From Thermomonas sp. (GTDB lineage Bacteria > Pseudomonadota > Gammaproteobacteria > Xanthomonadales > Xanthomonadaceae): DNA of 64,000 nt. Where the stretch lies: positions 8,033 to 72,032 of the forward strand of contig NZ_JAHRWW010000017.1 of assembly GCF_019104945.1 (NCBI RefSeq), written 5' to 3'. Positions 60,445-64,000 of this stretch are shown here, piece after piece. The notes under the pieces are model-generated. The model searched no databases, was not told the DNA's origin, and saw only the letters and a list, made by a program, of their open reading frames with translations. Every line of letters starts with the position of its first letter. The first letter of the stretch is position 1. The position numbers and the translations under genes are program-made.

Positions 60445-60894
60445 ATGGCCTATCTTTTATTCAAAACGTTGCATATCGTGTTTGTGATTGCGTGGATGGC
60501 CGCGGTGTTTTATCTGCCGCGCATCTTGGTCAATCTTGCTGAAGTGGGCGATGCCCCCGACGTGCGTGCGCGCTTGATGCTGATGGGGCGGCGCTTGTAT
60601 CGGTTTGGTCACGTTATGTTTGGCATCGCGTTTGTGTTGGGGCTCACGCTGTGGCTAGGTTACCGTGTGCTGCCCGATTTCCCCACCATGGTCGGCGTGG
60701 GCACGTACTGGATGCATTTGAAGCTGCTGTTGGTGGCCATGCTGTTCGCGTTTTATATCGTGACCGGGCGCAAGCTCAAAGGGGTGGATAAGGGGCGCAC
60801 GCTGCCATCGGCGACATGGCTGCGCTGGTTCAACGAGCTGCCGCTGCCGCTGCTGGTCATGATCGTGTGGTTAGTGCTGGCAAAGCCGTTCTAA
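60445..60894 (+). CDS. hemJ: Protoporphyrinogen IX oxidase HemJ (UPF0093/CopD-like)
   Basis: 149 aa, four transmembrane segments. FKTLHIVFVIAWMAAVFYLPRILV signature. Confidence 0.8.
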   Translation: MAYLLFKTLHIVFVIAWMAAVFYLPRILVNLAEVGDAPDVRARLMLMGRRLYRFGHVMFGIAFVLGLTLWLGYRVLPDFPTMVGVGTYWMHLKLLLVAMLFAFYIVTGRKLKGVDKGRTLPSATWLRWFNELPLPLLVMIVWLVLAKPF

Positions 60895-60935
60895 AGCACG
60901 GCCTCTCTTGGCGCATACCAAGAGAGGCGTGGTAG

Positions 60936-62648
60936 TTACTTGGCTTTGAACGTGCGAAGGCTAGGTAGTTCTACTGGCACGCCATTGCTATCGCAGTAGC
61001 CTTTATCGCAAAGTGCTGCACGTAGTTTCGGCGTGGCCTGCACCACGATGTGATAGATCGCGTTTTGCTCTAGCGAGCCGCGCACCGCGCTGCTGCCGGG
61101 GCCGCGCGCCCAAATGCCCACATCATCGCCGCCGTGAGTTTCACCGGCCATTGGAATCAAGGCTTCTTGCATATAGTTCGGGTCGGTGGTGTCCACGTCG
61201 GTGAGGTCGGGGCGGCCGTTGGCAGGTTCTAGCAGTTTCTTTGGCCAATGCGGGTAATGCTTGGGGCCAGCAGGCTGTTGGTCGGTAGCGCCGGTGGTGC
61301 CGGGGCCGGTGGCGTAGAGCAGGGTGGTATAGGGGCGTTTTTGTAGGTCCAGCGTCAGCTTGCCCGCTTGAATACCGTCGAATTCTTCGGCGCCGCGCAC
61401 CTTGCCTAAAATGGGATTGCCGCGCCCCGGATAACCCACAAAATTGAGTGTATGTGCGTGGTCGGCGGTGACAATAATGAGCGTGTCGTCGGCAGAAGTG
61501 GCCTGCGCGGCAGCGCGCACCGCATCGGAAAATGCCACGGTTTCATTGAGCGCGCGGAAGGCGTTGCCTTCGTGGTGGCCCATGTCGATTTTAGCGCTTT
61601 CCACCATCAGCACATAGCCGTTTGCGTTGTGCGACAGGTGCGAAATCGCGGCCAGCGTCATGGCAGTCAAACTGGGCTCGATAGCGCCATTGGCAATGCG
61701 ATCGTGGTCGTACTGCATATGGTCGCTATTGAACAAGCCAAGCACGTTTGGCGCATTGCTGGCTGCTGCTAGGCTGGCGGCGTCGGTGACGTAGCGCCCC
61801 TGTGGGTGGGCTTGCTGCCACGCTGCAATCAAGTCGTGACCGTCGCGGCGTGCGCCGCGCAGCTCGGGCTGCTGTGGGTCGGCTTGGCTATTCAACATAA
61901 AGTTTTTGCGGCCACCGCCTAGAACGATAGACGGGCCTTGGCCGTGCGCGGTTGCTTCGATCAGTTGCGTGGCAATGTCTTTGCAGCCTTCAGCAGCGGC
62001 TTTGACGGGTAACTTGGCATCGCTTTCCCAGCCACGGTTAGGCACATGCGCGTAGGTGGCGGCAGGGGTGGCGTGGGTGATGCGCGCTGTGCTCACAATG
62101 CCAGTGGCAAGGCCCGCGCTATTGGCCAGTTCCAGCCATGTCAGCGCCTGTTTATCGAGGCTGGCAGCGCAATTGTTCTTATCCCCGGCATAAACGCCAA
62201 TCGAGCCCATATGCGACTTCACGCCGGTGGTAATGGCGGTCATCGTGCCAGCGGAATCGGGCGTCTGCGCGTCGGTGTTATAGGTTTTACTCAGCGCGGT
62301 GGCGGGGAAATGCTCCCAGCTTAGCCGGTTTTCTTCGCCACTACCGCCTTTACGTTGACCTTCCAAAATGCGCGCGGCGGCCACCGTAGGCAGGCTCATG
62401 CCGTCGCCTAAAAAGACGATGACATTCTTGGCGCGGCCACCCATCGCGCCGCGCTCGGTGGCCTGCGCCGCGCCGCTGCGGTACCACCATGCGGGGGTTT
62501 CGCCTTTGGGATGGGCAACGCTGGGGACATCAATATGGATGTCTGCGGACGCCTGCGGGGCTGGTGTCGTGGGCAGGCTGGTGCAAGCCGATAGCGTGAA
62601 GGTGAGGGCGGAGGCGAGCAGTGTTTTTGAAGTATGAAATTTAGCCAT
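60936..62648 (-). CDS. Alkaline phosphatase (PhoA family) lipoprotein
   Basis: Listed ORF is 60936..62867. Start moved to ATG 62648, giving MAKFHTSKTLLASALTFTLSAC (lipobox). VIVFLGDGMSLP, nucleophile region TPDSAGTMTA, and ADHAH. Confidence 0.88.
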   Translation of the reverse strand: MAKFHTSKTLLASALTFTLSACTSLPTTPAPQASADIHIDVPSVAHPKGETPAWWYRSGAAQATERGAMGGRAKNVIVFLGDGMSLPTVAAARILEGQRKGGSGEENRLSWEHFPATALSKTYNTDAQTPDSAGTMTAITTGVKSHMGSIGVYAGDKNNCAASLDKQALTWLELANSAGLATGIVSTARITHATPAATYAHVPNRGWESDAKLPVKAAAEGCKDIATQLIEATAHGQGPSIVLGGGRKNFMLNSQADPQQPELRGARRDGHDLIAAWQQAHPQGRYVTDAASLAAASNAPNVLGLFNSDHMQYDHDRIANGAIEPSLTAMTLAAISHLSHNANGYVLMVESAKIDMGHHEGNAFRALNETVAFSDAVRAAAQATSADDTLIIVTADHAHTLNFVGYPGRGNPILGKVRGAEEFDGIQAGKLTLDLQKRPYTTLLYATGPGTTGATDQQPAGPKHYPHWPKKLLEPANGRPDLTDVDTTDPNYMQEALIPMAGETHGGDDVGIWARGPGSSAVRGSLEQNAIYHIVVQATPKLRAALCDKGYCDSNGVPVELPSLRTFKAK

Positions 62649-62751
62649 TGCCACAGTATGCAGGATCATCTCAAAAACAGTATTGCATCTATGACGCTGA
62701 CGTAGCCGCCGCGCTCCGGTATTGTTTAGCAGGTTTGCCCGGAAAGCTCGC

Positions 62752-64000
62752 ATGTTTGATTGGTGGTTTCGCATAAAATTTTGGAAGCGCGTGGTTCTCG
62801 GTTTCGTACTGGGCGCGCTGGCGGGCTGGGCGTTTGGGCCGAAAGCAGAGGTTTGGTTTGGGCCCATCGGTGATCTTTACGTCACCCTGATCATGATGAT
62901 TGCGGTGCCGCTGGTGTTTTTCGCGGTCATCAATGCTGTTGCCTCGCTGAGTGGGCAAAAATCCATTGCCGAGCTCGCAGGGAAAACCTTCGCGTGGTTT
63001 GCCATTACCGCGATTCTGGCGGTGGGCGTGGGGCTGCTGTTTGGCTGGTTAATCAAGCCCGGTAGCGGGGTAGGCGTGCTGCAAGTGGCCTCCGATTACA
63101 CCCCCAAAGATGTGCCATCAGCGCTCGACATGCTGCTTAATCTGGTGCCATCAAACCCATTCCAAGCCCTCGCCGGGGCGGCTACGCTGAAGCTGGAAGA
63201 TGGCACCAAGGTGCTGGTGCCGCGCAGCGGAACGGTGCTGCAGGTGATCTTCTTCGCCGGACTGGTAGGGTTTGCCATGGTGAAGCTGGGCGAACGCGTG
63301 GCTGGGCTGCGCAAGATCGTGGGCGAAGCCAGCGATGTGATGATTCAGGTCACCCGCTATGTGCTGGAATTCACCCCGTTTGGTACCTTCGGGCTAATTG
63401 CCGCACTGGTGGGCGGCTACGGGTTTGAACAGCTGCGCCCATTGCTAAACTTTGTGGTGGCGCTGTATCTGGCCTGCGCGTTCCATATCGTGGTGGTGTA
63501 TAGCTGCCTGCTACTGGTGCATGGGCTTAACCCGCTGAAATTCTTCCGTGGCGCTGCACCGGGGATGGAAGTGGCCTTTGTGGCCTCCAGCAGCTTTGCC
63601 GCGTTGCCGATATCGCTGCGCTGCGCGACCCATAACCTAGGGGTGGATAAAGATTATGCCGCCTTCGCGGTGCCGCTAGGCGCCACGATCAAAATGGACG
63701 GGTGTGGGGCCATTTATCCGGCGCTGGCGGCGGTGTTCATTTCGCAATATGCGGGCATTGACCTCACCCTGACCCAATACCTCACAATTGCATTGGCCTC
63801 GGTGCTGGGTAGCTTCGGTACGGCGGGTGTACCGGGGACGGCGGTGATCATGGCCACGGTGGTGCTGTCGGCGGCGGGCCTGCCGCTAGAGGCCATTGGC
63901 TATTTGTATGCCATCGACCGTGTGCTGGATATGATGCGCACCATGACCAATGTCACCGGGCAAATGCTGGTGCCGGTTTTGGTGGCAAAGGAGTCCGGAA
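62752..64000 (+). CDS. Dicarboxylate/amino acid:cation symporter (DAACS family), 3'-truncated by the window end
   Basis: Not in the ORF track because it has no stop in the window. Hand translation from ATG 62752 is open to 64000: MFDWWFRIKFWKRVVLGFVLGALAGW..VASSSFAALPIS..GTAGVPGTAVIM..AIDRVLDMMRTMTNVTGQ, typical DAACS motifs. Confidence 0.85.
   Translation, partial: MFDWWFRIKFWKRVVLGFVLGALAGWAFGPKAEVWFGPIGDLYVTLIMMIAVPLVFFAVINAVASLSGQKSIAELAGKTFAWFAITAILAVGVGLLFGWLIKPGSGVGVLQVASDYTPKDVPSALDMLLNLVPSNPFQALAGAATLKLEDGTKVLVPRSGTVLQVIFFAGLVGFAMVKLGERVAGLRKIVGEASDVMIQVTRYVLEFTPFGTFGLIAALVGGYGFEQLRPLLNFVVALYLACAFHIVVVYSCLLLVHGLNPLKFFRGAAPGMEVAFVASSSFAALPISLRCATHNLGVDKDYAAFAVPLGATIKMDGCGAIYPALAAVFISQYAGIDLTLTQYLTIALASVLGSFGTAGVPGTAVIMATVVLSAAGLPLEAIGYLYAIDRVLDMMRTMTNVTGQMLVPVLVAKESG

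Noticed and set aside
62649-62720. Possible Pho box upstream of the alkaline phosphatase.
   Set aside because: The GTCA half-sites are spaced 7 bp apart rather than 11 bp, and the second unit does not match the consensus. It cannot be called from sequence alone.

Overview
This 64-kb window is GC-rich (judged by eye, not computed) and almost fully coding. I call about 52 CDS, 8 tRNAs, one tandem glycine riboswitch, and a set of rho-independent terminators and promoter-like sites. The content and gene order look like core chromosome of a gammaproteobacterium. The ACE-like M2 peptidase, the TonB-dependent receptor and the secreted peptidases suggest Xanthomonadales/Lysobacterales, but that is inference only.

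Main blocks, in order:
- rlmJ and a secreted M28 peptidase.
- phoB-phoR-ppk-ppx, one minus-strand operon with overlapping stop/start codons and a Pho box.
- A BepA-like M48 protease, then grxC coupled to an AhpD-like gene, then a short IDH-like dehydrogenase, an NhaC-type antiporter and a BaxI-like membrane protein.
- A five-tRNA cluster (Pro-Arg-His-Lys-Leu).
- tig-clpP-clpX-lon-hupB, tRNA-Val, tRNA-Asp, ppiD.
- fabI, then gloB / yafS-like / rnhA / dnaQ, a PP2C phosphatase, tRNA-Ser.
- rnr-rlmB-hfq-hflX-hflK-hflC-DUF2065-purA.
- Hemolysin-III, a secreted M1 aminopeptidase, a TonB-dependent receptor.
- Glycine riboswitch and gcvP.
- prkA-yeaH-spoVR.
- An MFS exporter, an APC permease, an ACE-like M2 lipoprotein, recO, a divergent cyclophilin, phaZ, a methyltransferase, hemJ, an alkaline phosphatase lipoprotein, and a partial DAACS symporter running off the 3' end.

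Several ORF-track starts were shortened. The longest ORF in those cases ran into a tRNA or a divergent gene, or a conserved N-terminus began at an internal Met.

I found no CRISPR array, integrase, transposase, IS element, prophage remnant, toxin-antitoxin pair or defence-island-like block. No unexplained multi-gene cluster is present. I therefore cannot support a previously undescribed system in this window.

The best second-look items are regulatory or architectural:
- The Pho-polyP operon.
- The prkA operon abutting the gcvP riboswitch, with the spoVR stop codon inside a perfect TATAAT.
- An (AAC)n tract in the hfq leader.
- A Lys/Ala-rich tail on Lon.
- An orphan PP2C phosphatase.
- The structured, promoter-like spacers of the tRNA cluster.
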